This document shows, piece after piece, positions 22,601 through 33,000 of a stretch of 64,000 bases of DNA. The notes under the pieces were generated by a model. The model was not told where the DNA came from and ran no database searches. It saw nothing but the letters and a program-made list of their open reading frames with translations. Where the stretch lies: assembly GCA_000146045.2 (NCBI GenBank), contig BK006938.2, positions 736,001-800,000 of the forward strand, read 5' to 3'. The position numbers were made by a program, and so were the translations under genes. Within the stretch, counting starts at the first letter, position 1. Each line of letters begins with the position of its first letter. The stretch is from TPA_inf: Saccharomyces. Taxonomy: Eukaryota.

Positions 22601-25600
22601 TCACTGGAATACCTAGTTGAACATGCCAAGGCCACCAATCACCATTTACTATCGGATAGTGCATACGAAGACCTAGTCAAGTGCAAGGAGAATCCTGATA
22701 TGGAATTCTTGAAGGAGAAGTCTGCCAAACTAGGCCACACTGTGGTATCCAACGAGGCATATTCTGAATTGGAAAAGAAACTAGAACAACCATCACTGGA
22801 ATACCTAGTTGAACATGCCAAGGCCACCAATCACCATCTGCTATCGGATAGTGCATACGAAGAACTAGTCAAGTGCAAGGAAAATCCTGATGTAGAATTC
22901 TTGAAGGAGAAGTCTGCTAAACTAGGCCATACTGTGGTATCCAACGAAGCATATTCTGAATTGGAAAAGAAACTAGAACAACCATCACTGGAATACCTAG
23001 TTGAACATGCCAAGGCCACCAATCACCATCTGCTATCGGATAGTGCATACGAAGAACTAGTCAAGTGCAAGGAAAATCCTGATGTAGAATTCTTGAAGGA
23101 GAAGTCTGCTAAACTAGGCCATACTGTGGTATCCAACGAAGCATATTCTGAATTGGAAAAGAAACTAGAACAACCATCACTAGCATACCTAGTCGAACAT
23201 GCCAAGGCTACCGATCACCATCTGCTATCGGATAGTGCATACGAAGACCTAGTCAAGTGCAAGGAAAATCCTGATGTAGAATTCTTGAAGGAGAAGTCTG
23301 CTAAACTAGGCCATACTGTGGTATCCAACGAAGCATATTCTGAATTGGAAAAGAAACTAGAACAACCATCACTAGCATACCTAGTCGAACATGCCAAGGC
23401 TACCGATCACCATCTGCTATCGGATAGTGCATACGAAGACCTAGTCAAGTGCAAGGAGAATCCTGATATGGAATTCTTGAAGGAGAAGTCTGCCAAACTA
23501 GGCCACACTGTGGTATCCAACGAGGCATATTCTGAATTGGAAAAGAAACTAGAACAACCATCACTGGAATACCTAGTTGAACATGCCAAGGCCACCAATC
23601 ACCATCTGCTATCGGATAGTGCATACGAAGACCTAGTCAAGTGCAAGGAGAATCCTGATATGGAATTCTTGAAGGAGAAGTCTGCTAAACTGGGCCATAC
23701 TGTGGTATCCAACAAGGAATATTCTGAATTGGAAAAGAAACTAGAACAACCATCACTGGAATACTTAGTCAAACATGCCGAACAAATACAATCAAAAATT
23801 ATATCGATCTCGGACTTCAACACCTTAGCTAATCCATCTATGGAAGATATGGCTTCAAAATTGCAAAAGTTAGAATACCAGATTGTTTCGAACGATGAGT
23901 ACATTGCATTGAAAAATACGATGGAAAAGCCGGACGTTGAGTTACTAAGATCCAAGTTGAAAGGTTACCATATAATTGATACAACAACGTACAATGAGCT
24001 AGTCAGCAATTTCAATTCTCCTACGTTGAAGTTTATTGAAGAGAAAGCCAAAAGCAAAGGTTATAGATTAATAGAACCTAATGAATACCTTGACTTGAAT
24101 AGGATAGCCACTACACCTTCTAAAGAAGAGATTGATAACTTCTGCAAACAAATTGGGTGTTACGCTTTGGACTCTAAAGAATATGAAAGACTAAAAAATT
24201 CTCTGGAGAATCCCTCCAAGAAATTTATAGAAGAAAATGCCGCATTACTTGATCTTGTGCTAGTGGACAAAACGGAGTACCAAGCAATGAAAGATAATGC
24301 AAGCAACAAGAAATCACTTATTCCTTCAACCAAGGCACTTGATTTCGTTACAATGCCTGCCCCACAGCTTGCTTCTGCAGAGAAGTCATCACTACAAAAA
24401 AGAACTTTATCTGATATTGAAAATGAGTTAAAGGCCTTAGGCTACGTCGCAATTCGTAAAGAAAACCTGCCAAACCTAGAGAAACCAATTGTTGACAATG
24501 CCTCCAAAAATGATGTCTTGAACCTATGTTCGAAATTCAGTTTAGTACCATTGTCTACTGAAGAATATGATAATATGAGAAAGGAACACACTAAAATCTT
24601 AAATATTCTCGGTGATCCATCTATTGATTTCCTGAAGGAAAAATGTGAAAAATATCAAATGCTCATAATTAGTAAACATGATTACGAAGAAAAGCAAGAA
24701 GCCATTGAAAATCCAGGCTACGAATTTATTTTAGAAAAAGCATCAGCACTGGGATATGAATTAGTTAGCGAGGTTGAGCTGGATCGCATGAAACAAATGA
24801 TTGATTCACCAGATATTGACTACATGCAAGAAAAGGCTGCCCGCAATGAAATGGTGTTGTTGAGGAACGAGGAGAAGGAAGCATTGCAAAAGAAAATAGA
24901 ATATCCCTCTTTAACATTTTTAATCGAAAAGGCTGCTGGAATGAACAAAATACTTGTTGACCAAATCGAGTATGATGAAACTATAAGAAAATGCAATCAT
25001 CCCACTCGGATGGAGCTAGAGGAATCCTGTCATCACTTGAACTTGGTTTTGCTCGACCAAAACGAGTACTCAACTCTAAGAGAACCTTTGGAAAATCGAA
25101 ATGTTGAAGACTTAATTAACACCTTGAGCAAACTAAACTACATTGCAATTCCTAATACTATCTACCAAGATTTAATTGGAAAGTATGAGAATCCAAACTT
25201 TGATTATCTAAAGGATTCTTTGAACAAAATGGATTACGTCGCAATCTCTAGACAAGATTATGAATTGATGGTTGCTAAATACGAAAAGCCACAACTGGAT
25301 TATTTGAAAATTTCTTCAGAGAAAATCGACCACATTGTAGTGCCTCTGTCTGAGTACAATTTAATGGTTACAAATTATAGAAATCCCAGCTTGAGCTACT
25401 TAAAAGAGAAAGCCGTTTTGAATAATCATATTTTAATAAAAGAAGATGACTATAAAAACATTTTAGCAGTATCAGAACATCCGACAGTGATCCACCTCTC
25501 CGAAAAGGCATCTTTATTAAATAAAGTCTTGGTAGACAAGGATGATTTTGCGACCATGTCACGCTCGATTGAGAAACCAACTATCGATTTCTTATCCACT

Positions 25601-27874
25601 AAGGCGCTATCAATGGGGAAAATACTAGTTAATGAATCTACGCATAAAAGAAACGAGAAACTATTATCTGAACCAGATTCTGAATTTTTGACAATGAAAG
25701 CCAAGGAGCAAGGGCTAATTATCATTTCAGAAAAGGAATATTCTGAACTGCGGGATCAAATAGATCGTCCTAGCCTAGATGTTTTGAAAGAAAAGGCCGC
25801 CATTTTTGATAGCATCATAGTAGAAAACATAGAATACCAACAACTGGTAAACACTACAAGTCCCTGCCCTCCCATTACTTATGAAGATTTGAAAGTATAT
25901 GCCCACCAATTCGGTATGGAATTATGCCTCCAAAAACCCAACAAACTTTCTGGAGCTGAGCGTGCAGAGCGCATTGATGAACAATCAATAAATACGACCA
26001 GCAGTAACTCGACCACAACATCGAGCATGTTTACAGATGCACTAGATGATAATATCGAAGAGCTTAATCGTGTCGAATTGCAGAATAATGAAGATTATAC
26101 TGACATAATCTCGAAATCATCCACAGTGAAAGATGCTACCATTTTCATTCCCGCCTATGAAAACATCAAGAATTCTGCTGAAAAATTAGGCTACAAATTA
26201 GTTCCGTTCGAAAAATCAAATATCAATCTGAAAAACATTGAAGCTCCATTATTTTCGAAGGACAACGATGACACTAGCGTTGCCAGTAGCATAGATCTTG
26301 ATCACTTATCTAGAAAAGCAGAAAAATATGGTATGACCCTCATTTCTGATCAGGAATTTGAAGAATATCATATACTAAAAGATAACGCGGTTAATCTGAA
26401 TGGTGGCATGGAAGAAATGAATAATCCCTTGTCAGAAAATCAAAACTTAGCAGCAAAAACCACAAACACAGCGCAAGAAGGTGCCTTCCAAAACACCGTT
26501 CCCCACAATGATATGGACAACGAAGAAGTCGAATATGGGCCGGATGATCCAACATTCACAGTAAGGCAACTCAAGAAACCCGCTGGCGATCGTAATTTGA
26601 TTTTGACTAGTAGGGAGAAAACACTGTTATCAAGAGATGATAATATAATGAGTCAAAATGAGGCGGTTTATGGTGACGATATATCTGATAGCTTTGTAGA
26701 TGAAAGCCAAGAAATCAAAAATGATGTAGACATTATTAAAACTCAAGCTATGAAATATGGTATGTTGTGTATTCCTGAAAGTAATTTTGTGGGTGCATCA
26801 TATGCAAGTGCTCAAGATATGAGCGATATAGTTGTGCTTTCCGCGTCCTATTACCATAATCTAATGTCACCTGAAGACATGAAATGGAACTGTGTTAGTA
26901 ATGAAGAATTACAAGCGGAAGTTAAAAAGCGTGGGCTCCAGATTGCACTAACAACAAAGGAAGATAAGAAAGGTCAAGCCACGGCATCCAAACATGAGTA
27001 TGTGTCGCATAAGCTAAACAATAAAACATCTACTGTGTCCACAAAGTCTGGAGCAAAAAAGGGACTTGCAGAAGCAGCAGCAACAACTGCTTATGAAGAT
27101 TCCGAAAGTCATCCACAAATAGAAGAGCAGTCTCATCGTACTAATCATCATAAGCACCATAAACGTCAACAGAGTCTGAATTCTAATTCAACCTCAAAAA
27201 CCACACATTCATCGAGGAATACGCCAGCATCTAGACGAGATATAGTAGCATCATTTATGTCACGTGCAGGATCTGCCAGTAGGACGGCATCTTTACAAAC
27301 TTTAGCATCATTGAACGAACCAAGCATAATACCCGCGTTAACCCAAACCGTCATTGGGGAATATTTGTTTAAGTATTATCCACGCTTGGGACCTTTTGGA
27401 TTCGAATCACGTCATGAAAGATTCTTCTGGGTTCATCCATATACCTTAACTTTGTACTGGTCCGCTTCTAATCCCATCCTAGAGAATCCTGCCAATACCA
27501 AAACAAAAGGTGTTGCCATTCTAGGAGTAGAAAGTGTCACAGACCCAAACCCATATCCAACAGGATTGTATCACAAAAGTATTGTTGTTACCACAGAAAC
27601 TAGGACTATTAAGTTTACTTGTCCTACAAGGCAAAGACACAATATTTGGTATAATTCATTACGTTATTTACTTCAAAGGAACATGCAAGGGATAAGTTTA
27701 GAGGACATCGCTGATGATCCAACAGATAATATGTATTCAGGAAAGATTTTCCCATTGCCCGGCGAAAATACAAAGAGCTCCAGTAAAAGACTTAGCGCAT
27801 CGAGAAGGTCCGTATCTACAAGGTCTCTAAGACATAGAGTACCACAAAGCCGATCATTTGGCAATTTACGATAG
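19628..27874 (+). CDS. NUM1: NUM1, the cortical dynein/mitochondria anchor (2748 aa). It has an N-terminal coiled coil, a 12x64-aa tandem repeat array and a C-terminal PH domain.
   Basis: 2748-aa ORF with 12 near-identical 64-aa repeats (PSLEYLVEHAKATNHHLLSDSAYEDLVKCKENPDMEFLKEKSAKLGHTVVSNEAYSELEKKLEQ). The C-terminal PH-like region reads ...IGEYLFKYYPRLGPFGFESRHERFFWVHPYTLTLYWSASNP.... Confidence 0.95.
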   Translation: MSHNNRHKKNNDKDSSAGQYANSIDNSLSQESVSTNGVTRMANLKADECGSGDEGDKTKRFSISSILSKRETKDVLPEFAGSSSHNGVLTANSSKDMNFTLELSENLLVECRKLQSSNEAKNEQIKSLKQIKESLSDKIEELTNQKKSFMKELDSTKDLNWDLESKLTNLSMECRQLKELKKKTEKSWNDEKESLKLLKTDLEILTLTKNGMENDLSSQKLHYDKEISELKERILDLNNENDRLLISVSDLTSEINSLQSNRTERIKIQKQLDDAKASISSLKRKVQKKYYQKQHTSDTTVTSDPDSEGTTSEEDIFDIVIEIDHMIETGPSVEDISEDLVKKYSEKNNMILLSNDSYKNLLQKSESASKPKDDELMTKEVAENLNMIALPNDDNYSKKEFSLESHIKYLEASGYKVLPLEEFENLNESLSNPSYNYLKEKLQALKKIPIDQSTFNLLKEPTIDFLLPLTSKIDCLIIPTKDYNDLFESVKNPSIEQMKKCLEAKNDLQSNICKWLEERNGCKWLSNDLYFSMVNKIETPSKQYLSDKAKEYDQVLIDTKALEGLKNPTIDFLREKASASDYLLLKKEDYVSPSLEYLVEHAKATNHHLLSDSAYEDLVKCKENPDMEFLKEKSAKLGHTVVSNEAYSELEKKLEQPSLEYLVEHAKATNHHLLSDSAYEDLVKCKENPDMEFLKEKSAKLGHTVVSNEAYSELQRKYSELEKEVEQPSLAYLVEHAKATDHHLLSDSAYEDLVKCKENPDVEFLKEKSAKLGHTVVSSEEYSELQRKYSELEKEVEQPSLAYLVEHAKATDHHLLSDSAYEELVKCKENPDMEFLKEKSAKLGHTVVSNEAYSELEKKLEQPSLAYLVEHAKATDHHLLSDSAYEDLVKCKENSDVEFLKEKSAKLGHTVVSNEAYSELEKKLEQPSLAYLVEHAKATDHHLLSDSAYEDLVKCKENPDMEFLKEKSAKLGHTVVSNEAYSELEKKLEQPSLEYLVEHAKATNHHLLSDSAYEDLVKCKENPDMEFLKEKSAKLGHTVVSNEAYSELEKKLEQPSLEYLVEHAKATNHHLLSDSAYEELVKCKENPDVEFLKEKSAKLGHTVVSNEAYSELEKKLEQPSLEYLVEHAKATNHHLLSDSAYEELVKCKENPDVEFLKEKSAKLGHTVVSNEAYSELEKKLEQPSLAYLVEHAKATDHHLLSDSAYEDLVKCKENPDVEFLKEKSAKLGHTVVSNEAYSELEKKLEQPSLAYLVEHAKATDHHLLSDSAYEDLVKCKENPDMEFLKEKSAKLGHTVVSNEAYSELEKKLEQPSLEYLVEHAKATNHHLLSDSAYEDLVKCKENPDMEFLKEKSAKLGHTVVSNKEYSELEKKLEQPSLEYLVKHAEQIQSKIISISDFNTLANPSMEDMASKLQKLEYQIVSNDEYIALKNTMEKPDVELLRSKLKGYHIIDTTTYNELVSNFNSPTLKFIEEKAKSKGYRLIEPNEYLDLNRIATTPSKEEIDNFCKQIGCYALDSKEYERLKNSLENPSKKFIEENAALLDLVLVDKTEYQAMKDNASNKKSLIPSTKALDFVTMPAPQLASAEKSSLQKRTLSDIENELKALGYVAIRKENLPNLEKPIVDNASKNDVLNLCSKFSLVPLSTEEYDNMRKEHTKILNILGDPSIDFLKEKCEKYQMLIISKHDYEEKQEAIENPGYEFILEKASALGYELVSEVELDRMKQMIDSPDIDYMQEKAARNEMVLLRNEEKEALQKKIEYPSLTFLIEKAAGMNKILVDQIEYDETIRKCNHPTRMELEESCHHLNLVLLDQNEYSTLREPLENRNVEDLINTLSKLNYIAIPNTIYQDLIGKYENPNFDYLKDSLNKMDYVAISRQDYELMVAKYEKPQLDYLKISSEKIDHIVVPLSEYNLMVTNYRNPSLSYLKEKAVLNNHILIKEDDYKNILAVSEHPTVIHLSEKASLLNKVLVDKDDFATMSRSIEKPTIDFLSTKALSMGKILVNESTHKRNEKLLSEPDSEFLTMKAKEQGLIIISEKEYSELRDQIDRPSLDVLKEKAAIFDSIIVENIEYQQLVNTTSPCPPITYEDLKVYAHQFGMELCLQKPNKLSGAERAERIDEQSINTTSSNSTTTSSMFTDALDDNIEELNRVELQNNEDYTDIISKSSTVKDATIFIPAYENIKNSAEKLGYKLVPFEKSNINLKNIEAPLFSKDNDDTSVASSIDLDHLSRKAEKYGMTLISDQEFEEYHILKDNAVNLNGGMEEMNNPLSENQNLAAKTTNTAQEGAFQNTVPHNDMDNEEVEYGPDDPTFTVRQLKKPAGDRNLILTSREKTLLSRDDNIMSQNEAVYGDDISDSFVDESQEIKNDVDIIKTQAMKYGMLCIPESNFVGASYASAQDMSDIVVLSASYYHNLMSPEDMKWNCVSNEELQAEVKKRGLQIALTTKEDKKGQATASKHEYVSHKLNNKTSTVSTKSGAKKGLAEAAATTAYEDSESHPQIEEQSHRTNHHKHHKRQQSLNSNSTSKTTHSSRNTPASRRDIVASFMSRAGSASRTASLQTLASLNEPSIIPALTQTVIGEYLFKYYPRLGPFGFESRHERFFWVHPYTLTLYWSASNPILENPANTKTKGVAILGVESVTDPNPYPTGLYHKSIVVTTETRTIKFTCPTRQRHNIWYNSLRYLLQRNMQGISLEDIADDPTDNMYSGKIFPLPGENTKSSSKRLSASRRSVSTRSLRHRVPQSRSFGNLR
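21404..23770 (+). repeat. NUM1 internal tandem array of 12 units (ten of 192 bp, two of 213 bp) plus a degenerate 13th.
   Basis: The periodicity is seen directly. The antisense ORFs in 21445..23598 tile with the same 192/213-bp period, each run split by a single stop, and near-identical proteins. Units differ at a few codons (E/A, N/D, M/V) and by a 21-bp insertion (LQRKYSE) in units 2 and 3. Confidence 0.95.
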
Positions 27875-28177
27875 TTAAAAAAACTAAATAACTCTAAGTA
27901 AATTAAGAACAATAATAATCATTATTTCGATTTTTAGTCCTGTAAACACGTTTGCCACCGATGAGTAACACTGAAAGATCAGAGAAAGAAAAAAAAATTC
28001 TACCTAATGAAATAAATAAACTAAAAAGATTAAATTAACTAATTCTCATGTTAGTAGGTCACGAATTCTTTAATTTTGTTTTGTGACTGAAATAAATATG
28101 AAAACGATAATGAATAAATAAATAAGGAGAGGCAGCAGAAATACGCCAAATATTCAAAGGGCTTTGTTGTTGACCGA

Positions 28178-29155
28178 CTACCAAGTCATCCTTTGCAATG
28201 CTTTAACACTAGTATGTAAGTTCCTAGGCTTACTCAAATTAGTGATATTATCGTTGTTGCTTGGGGCTAGGGAAGTAGGAAGTGGAGTCAACGCCGTATC
28301 CTTACTTCTTCCATCGTTAGCATTTTGATATATTTCAACGTCCTTATCATCACCGTGTTTGAAACAGCAACGCTTACCGTACGGACAGTAGCCTAACTTC
28401 GACCAATTTATGCAAGGTTTAGTTCTATAATTGTTTGATTTTTTCTTGAATTTCAGTTCATTAAGACCATGAGCAAATTGGCATTTATTTCCATACTTAC
28501 AATAGCCTTTAATAGTAAAAGATTCACAGAGCTCAGTTTTGTATAAGGTCTTATTGACTAATTGAGGAAGCTGCAAAGGTGCCCTTCTACAAGGTTCCAG
28601 TTTTGTTGTTTTCTGAATTGGAAGTGTGTATGGAAGTCCAGTAGACTGAGAATCCACCTGAGATAGTTTTTGTAAATTCTCCGCTGTCAGGGGTAATGAA
28701 AATGCACTTGTCGTGTAAGTAGGGTTAATCTCAACTTCGAGTGACCTTTTCTTACGTTTTTTCTCAGTTGTAGCAAGTGTTGAGATGTTATTATTGCCTG
28801 CGAAAGGGTTATTAATAGGTAATGTATTTGTAGGTCTGGAATCTGATATGATCAAGTCTTTAAAATCTCCCAACGGATGATAACAGTTTGGTTTGGATGG
28901 TAACCAAGGAGAAGGCCTTGGTGAGTATTCACTTAAAATGTCCGTTTCATTTATATTATGCCCCTCGGAGCTGCTGCTGTCATCATTATCGGTATTTTCA
29001 TTGAGCAGTGTCTTTATATAATATTCTTCGATTTCTTTAATCTTTGACTCGTACTCCTTGTTGAGATCAGAAAAGATCGAGGACGTAGTCGTTGAGGTCG
29101 AATTGGCATTCGGTATGTTTAAATAGTAGCTGTTTGGAGCAACATTCGGCATCAT
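28178..29155 (-). CDS. CTH1: CTH1, a TIS11/tristetraprolin-family tandem CCCH zinc-finger mRNA-decay factor (325 aa).
   Basis: Tandem CCCH fingers are present ([26 protein letters not shown] ... [26 protein letters not shown]). The length of 325 aa fits. Confidence 0.9.
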   Translation of the reverse strand: MMPNVAPNSYYLNIPNANSTSTTTSSIFSDLNKEYESKIKEIEEYYIKTLLNENTDNDDSSSSEGHNINETDILSEYSPRPSPWLPSKPNCYHPLGDFKDLIISDSRPTNTLPINNPFAGNNNISTLATTEKKRKKRSLEVEINPTYTTSAFSLPLTAENLQKLSQVDSQSTGLPYTLPIQKTTKLEPCRRAPLQLPQLVNKTLYKTELCESFTIKGYCKYGNKCQFAHGLNELKFKKKSNNYRTKPCINWSKLGYCPYGKRCCFKHGDDKDVEIYQNANDGRSKDTALTPLPTSLAPSNNDNITNLSKPRNLHTSVKALQRMTW

Positions 29156-29705
29156 GGCTAGTGTTAATCCTTAATAGTTCTTATTGGTTGAGTTGCCGAA
29201 GAGACTGTGATATAGGGTTCTACGGCTTTACAATCAACTTATGGGTGAAGAGGCTAAATAAGATGTGACTTGTTAAGAGAGCAAGCGCAACAAGAGTGCA
29301 AAACCGTCACACTATGTCCAATGATCTACACTATCAACCTTTGAGTTAATGTTCTCTGATCCAGTATATTAGTAACTGCTCACACTGATCAAGAGCGTGA
29401 GAGAATACGAGCGAAAAAGAAAGAAGAAAAATTTGGGTGCCATTGGCACAGACCCTAAAAGAGATGTGAGAGAAGTGGGCCATATATGTATATTTTTCCC
29501 GAATGTCCTAATAAGTAATGATTGGAAATCCTAGGTCTATAAACTCGGGTAACAGAAGGTGGAAAATGAAAATTTTCTATTTTCCAATTGTAAAATCAGC
29601 AGGCATCGTTAGATTGGCTTTAAAGAGCTGAGTTTCCCATGCTGTCGGTTGGTATAATTTAAGGAAAAGCCCTCCCTCCATATCCAGAAGGCACTTGTTA
29701 ATACT

Positions 29706-30503
29706 ATGGATTATAAGGAAGAACAGAAGCAGGAACTAGAAGTTTTAGAGTCCATTTATCCTGATGAACTGAGGATCATAAACGATGAATACCCAAAGAT
29801 TAAATTTGAAGTAGCCATTAAATTAGAGCTGGATACAGGTGATTCTACTTCTGTTTTAACCAAAGAGCACACTATAATCGCCGAATTCAAGTTACCAGAA
29901 AACTACCCTGACGAACCATGCCTGATTTCATTGGAAGCTCAAGAAGTAGCCCTCAATGACAACGAAGAAGATAACGAGGAAGATGAAGACGAGGTTGAAT
30001 ATGACGACCATGGTAATAAAGTACTGAAAAAGTTTGAAAACCTGCCAGATTTAATAAGCTTTAAGGGGTACTTGCCTGAATTAACCGTACAATTAGAATC
30101 GCAAATCGAAACCGATATGTTATTGGGTATGCAAATGTGTTTTGCATTGATTTCATCCATAAAAGAAAGATGTGAGCAATGGTATAGTGAACAATTGAAT
30201 AAGCTCGAGAAGCAGTACGAGCTGGAAGCACAAGAACGTGAAAAGAAGGAACAGGCCAAGTTCCATGGTACTAAAGTCACAAGAGAATCGTACTTGGAAT
30301 GGAGGTCTAAATTTCGCCAAGAACTGAAACTGGATGAAAGAGACCAGGTGAGAAGGATGAAGGCTCATCATGGGAAGCTAACCGGTAAGCAAATGTTTGA
30401 ACAAGGCGTGGTGGGCACAGGCGACGAGTATATGGAAGAGGATGACGCGAGTGTAGATGACGTAGCCAAGGGACTTGCCAAGACCGAAATAGCAAATCAA
30501 TAA
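29706..30503 (+). CDS. GIR2: GIR2, a highly acidic RWD-domain protein (265 aa).
   Basis: It has an RWD-like N-terminus (QELEVLESIYPDEL...) and an acidic stretch (NDNEEDNEEDEDEVEYDD). The length matches. Confidence 0.85.
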   Translation: MDYKEEQKQELEVLESIYPDELRIINDEYPKIKFEVAIKLELDTGDSTSVLTKEHTIIAEFKLPENYPDEPCLISLEAQEVALNDNEEDNEEDEDEVEYDDHGNKVLKKFENLPDLISFKGYLPELTVQLESQIETDMLLGMQMCFALISSIKERCEQWYSEQLNKLEKQYELEAQEREKKEQAKFHGTKVTRESYLEWRSKFRQELKLDERDQVRRMKAHHGKLTGKQMFEQGVVGTGDEYMEEDDASVDDVAKGLAKTEIANQ

Positions 30504-30735
30504 ATACTTGTGTACTTAAGTATTTAAGTATTTTCTTCTGCATGGATAATGACATATACAAATGTATCTATATAATATTTTTTTGATATTCAATAAAAAG
30601 AAAACTGACATTTGAAGAAGGAAATAGACAAGTTTTTAGTAAGATATTATTAGTGTATATATGGATACATATATCTGAGAATGAAAATTTGTTGACTGTA
30701 TTGAATGTATTGGGAGATGAAGGGGTATTTGGTGA

Positions 30736-31971
30736 TTAGACCAACGACTTGGAGTAAGAGAATAAGTCGGAAAATGCATCATTTCCCTTCGACTTGTCCT
30801 TTGTAGCCTGAGGACGGGCTTTTTGCTGTTTTTTCTCCGCAAAGGGCAATGATGTTTGCGCAGCAGCGGTGGTATCTGTGTCTGACTTTGGGCCATCCCA
30901 GTCAAGCAAATCATCTATTTTACTATTGGAAGTTTTAGGTGCTGTTGTGTCGGGACTCGTTTCGCTTTGGAAGTCGCCAAACTCATCATCATCATCATCA
31001 CTATTGCTGTTGATATTATTGTTTTTGTTGTCATTATTACCATTGTCTATTGTTATATTATTCGTGGTGCTAGTACTATCGTCAAGATCGATTAAGTCAG
31101 GGATGCTATCTTGTTGTTGCTTTCTTTTCCTCTGCTGTTCTTTATTTTTGATCTGCTCTCTTAATATCTCCCTTCTTTGTCTTCTTTGTTCTTCCATATG
31201 AGAACGCCTGCGAGTATTCGAATTTGCTTCTGTTTCCACAGGAACATTGAAGTTGGTCACATTATTAGCATCCATTTCACTGTCAAAGCCATCTGCATCT
31301 GCATCAAATTCATCGTCGTCGATGTTATCGTAACTTGCAGACGTTGAAATCTGGTTGGCATTATAAATGGAGGATTCTCCTTGCTGTCGAATTTTCAAGG
31401 CATTCTTCTTATTCTTGGCTCTTTCCTTTTTCAAAAATTGTGAGTCTTCCAAGTATTGCAAGATAAGTTCTCCCTTTTTCCTAATACCTCTCTCATGAAT
31501 CTCCATTTTACCATCATTGGAGAATTTTACCTTGAATTGGGCAATCTCCCTGGTTAAAATATGCTTATGAGTGAGCAAACATGATCTAATCTGATTCAGT
31601 TCGTCACCTGTGTCGACGTTCAATAATAGGAATTCAATGACTACTAGACATTTTAAGACCACCCTCCATTCGGACCCATAATTAACGTAGTCCTTTCTTG
31701 CCTTTTCGTATAGGTTCTTGGGCCTGGTAGCGATATGGTCGACTAATCTTTTCAACGTGTATTCTGTCATCAAGTAGAGCGGCACTTGGTATCTGTTCCT
31801 TAAAACCTTGGCGAGGTGCTTCGGTGTGGGGCCCCAAGCATCGGTATTTGTAGCACGACGGATATCTATCTGATAAGGCTCATATTGGACTATCACGTTT
31901 TGGGCAAACCTTGCGGCATTTCTAATATCATGGATACCTAAATTTTGAATCTTTTTTGATAATGAGTCCAT
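30736..31971 (-). CDS. ENT5: ENT5, an ENTH/ANTH-like clathrin adaptor (411 aa).
   Basis: The N-terminal ENTH-like domain reads [34 protein letters not shown].... The C-terminal region is low-complexity with a clathrin-box-like DLIDLDD and an acidic-Phe [10 protein letters not shown] motif. Confidence 0.85.
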
Positions 31972-32511
31972 TTTGTATGGTGTTGGTATTTATGCAATTG
32001 GAACGTTTAATTTGTGTATATGAATTTCCCTTCCGATTTGTATATTGGATAGAAATATAATTTTTTAAAAAAAGTAAACTATAAGCAGCCTGGAAAGATA
32101 AGCTAGACCAATTCTTATTGATAAAAAACTAAAGATAAATTCAACCGAAAACTAAAATCTAGATTGAAATTAAAACAAGAATGAATGAATGGATCAAAGG
32201 ACCTGAATATGAAAAAAAGTGCAGGAGAAAGAAAATTTTCTCGCTGTGGAAAATAAGCCGAAAATCCGTTACCTAGAGGAAAGAAAGAAACGTGGGAAAA
32301 ACAGGGGGCGGTACCCGGCGGCGTCAACTTAACAGGCATAACCTAGGCGGTAGTTGGCTAGTTGGCAAGCCTGGCAACATACTCCGATATAGGTAGGAAG
32401 AGTTAGTTATAAGAATTGATTGTCATACATACACATACCTTATACATATACATATAATTTAAGAGAGAATAGTTCGTTTCAATTTTTGCTGTATTGTTCC
32501 AGGCAGAGCGG

Positions 32512-33000
32512 TTATAATTCACCGGACTTGGCAACAACAATTCTAGCCTTGGTGGCACCGGAAGGAGAACCCAAGGACTCAACCTTCTTAACGATGTCGT
32601 AACCGTCAACAACTTCACCAAAGACAACATGCTTACCGTCCAACCATGGGCATGGAACGGTGGTGATGAAGAATTGAGAACCGTTGGTGTTTGGACCGGC
32701 GTTGGCCATGGACAACAAACCTGGTCTGTCGTGGTGCTTCTTGAAGTTTTCATCTGGGAATTTGCCACCGTAGATAGACTTACCGCCGGTACCGTTACCA
32801 GCAGTGAAGTCACCACCTTGCAACATGAAGTCTGGAATAACTCTGTGGAATGGAGAGCCAGCGTAGCCGAATCCCTTTTCACCGGTACATAGAGCTCTGA
32901 AGTTTTCTGCAGTCTTTGGGACTATGTCGTTGTACAACTTGAAAACGACACGGCCAATTGGTTGGCCATCAGCTTCGACATCAAAATAGACTTGGGACAT
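32512..33000 (-). CDS. CPR1: CPR1, cytosolic cyclophilin A peptidyl-prolyl isomerase (162 aa).
   Basis: Taking the first ATG gives [46 protein letters not shown]..., a canonical cyclophilin. The 16-aa upstream extension on the track ORF is discarded. Codon usage is strongly biased (highly expressed). Confidence 0.9.

Noticed and set aside
21445-23955. A ladder of twelve antisense ORFs of 60-118 aa with near-identical proteins (MACSTRYASDGCSSFFSNSEYASLDTTVWPSLADFSFKNS...).
   Set aside because: They are the reverse-strand echo of the NUM1 192/213-bp tandem repeats. Each is one repeat unit read in antisense and terminated by the same stop. They have no independent coding signal and are fully contained in NUM1.
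32403-32882. 159-aa minus-strand ORF overlapping CPR1 out of frame, and an 87-aa plus-strand ORF at 32629..32892.
   Set aside because: They are alternative frames of the highly codon-biased CPR1 gene. CPR1 itself is unambiguous.
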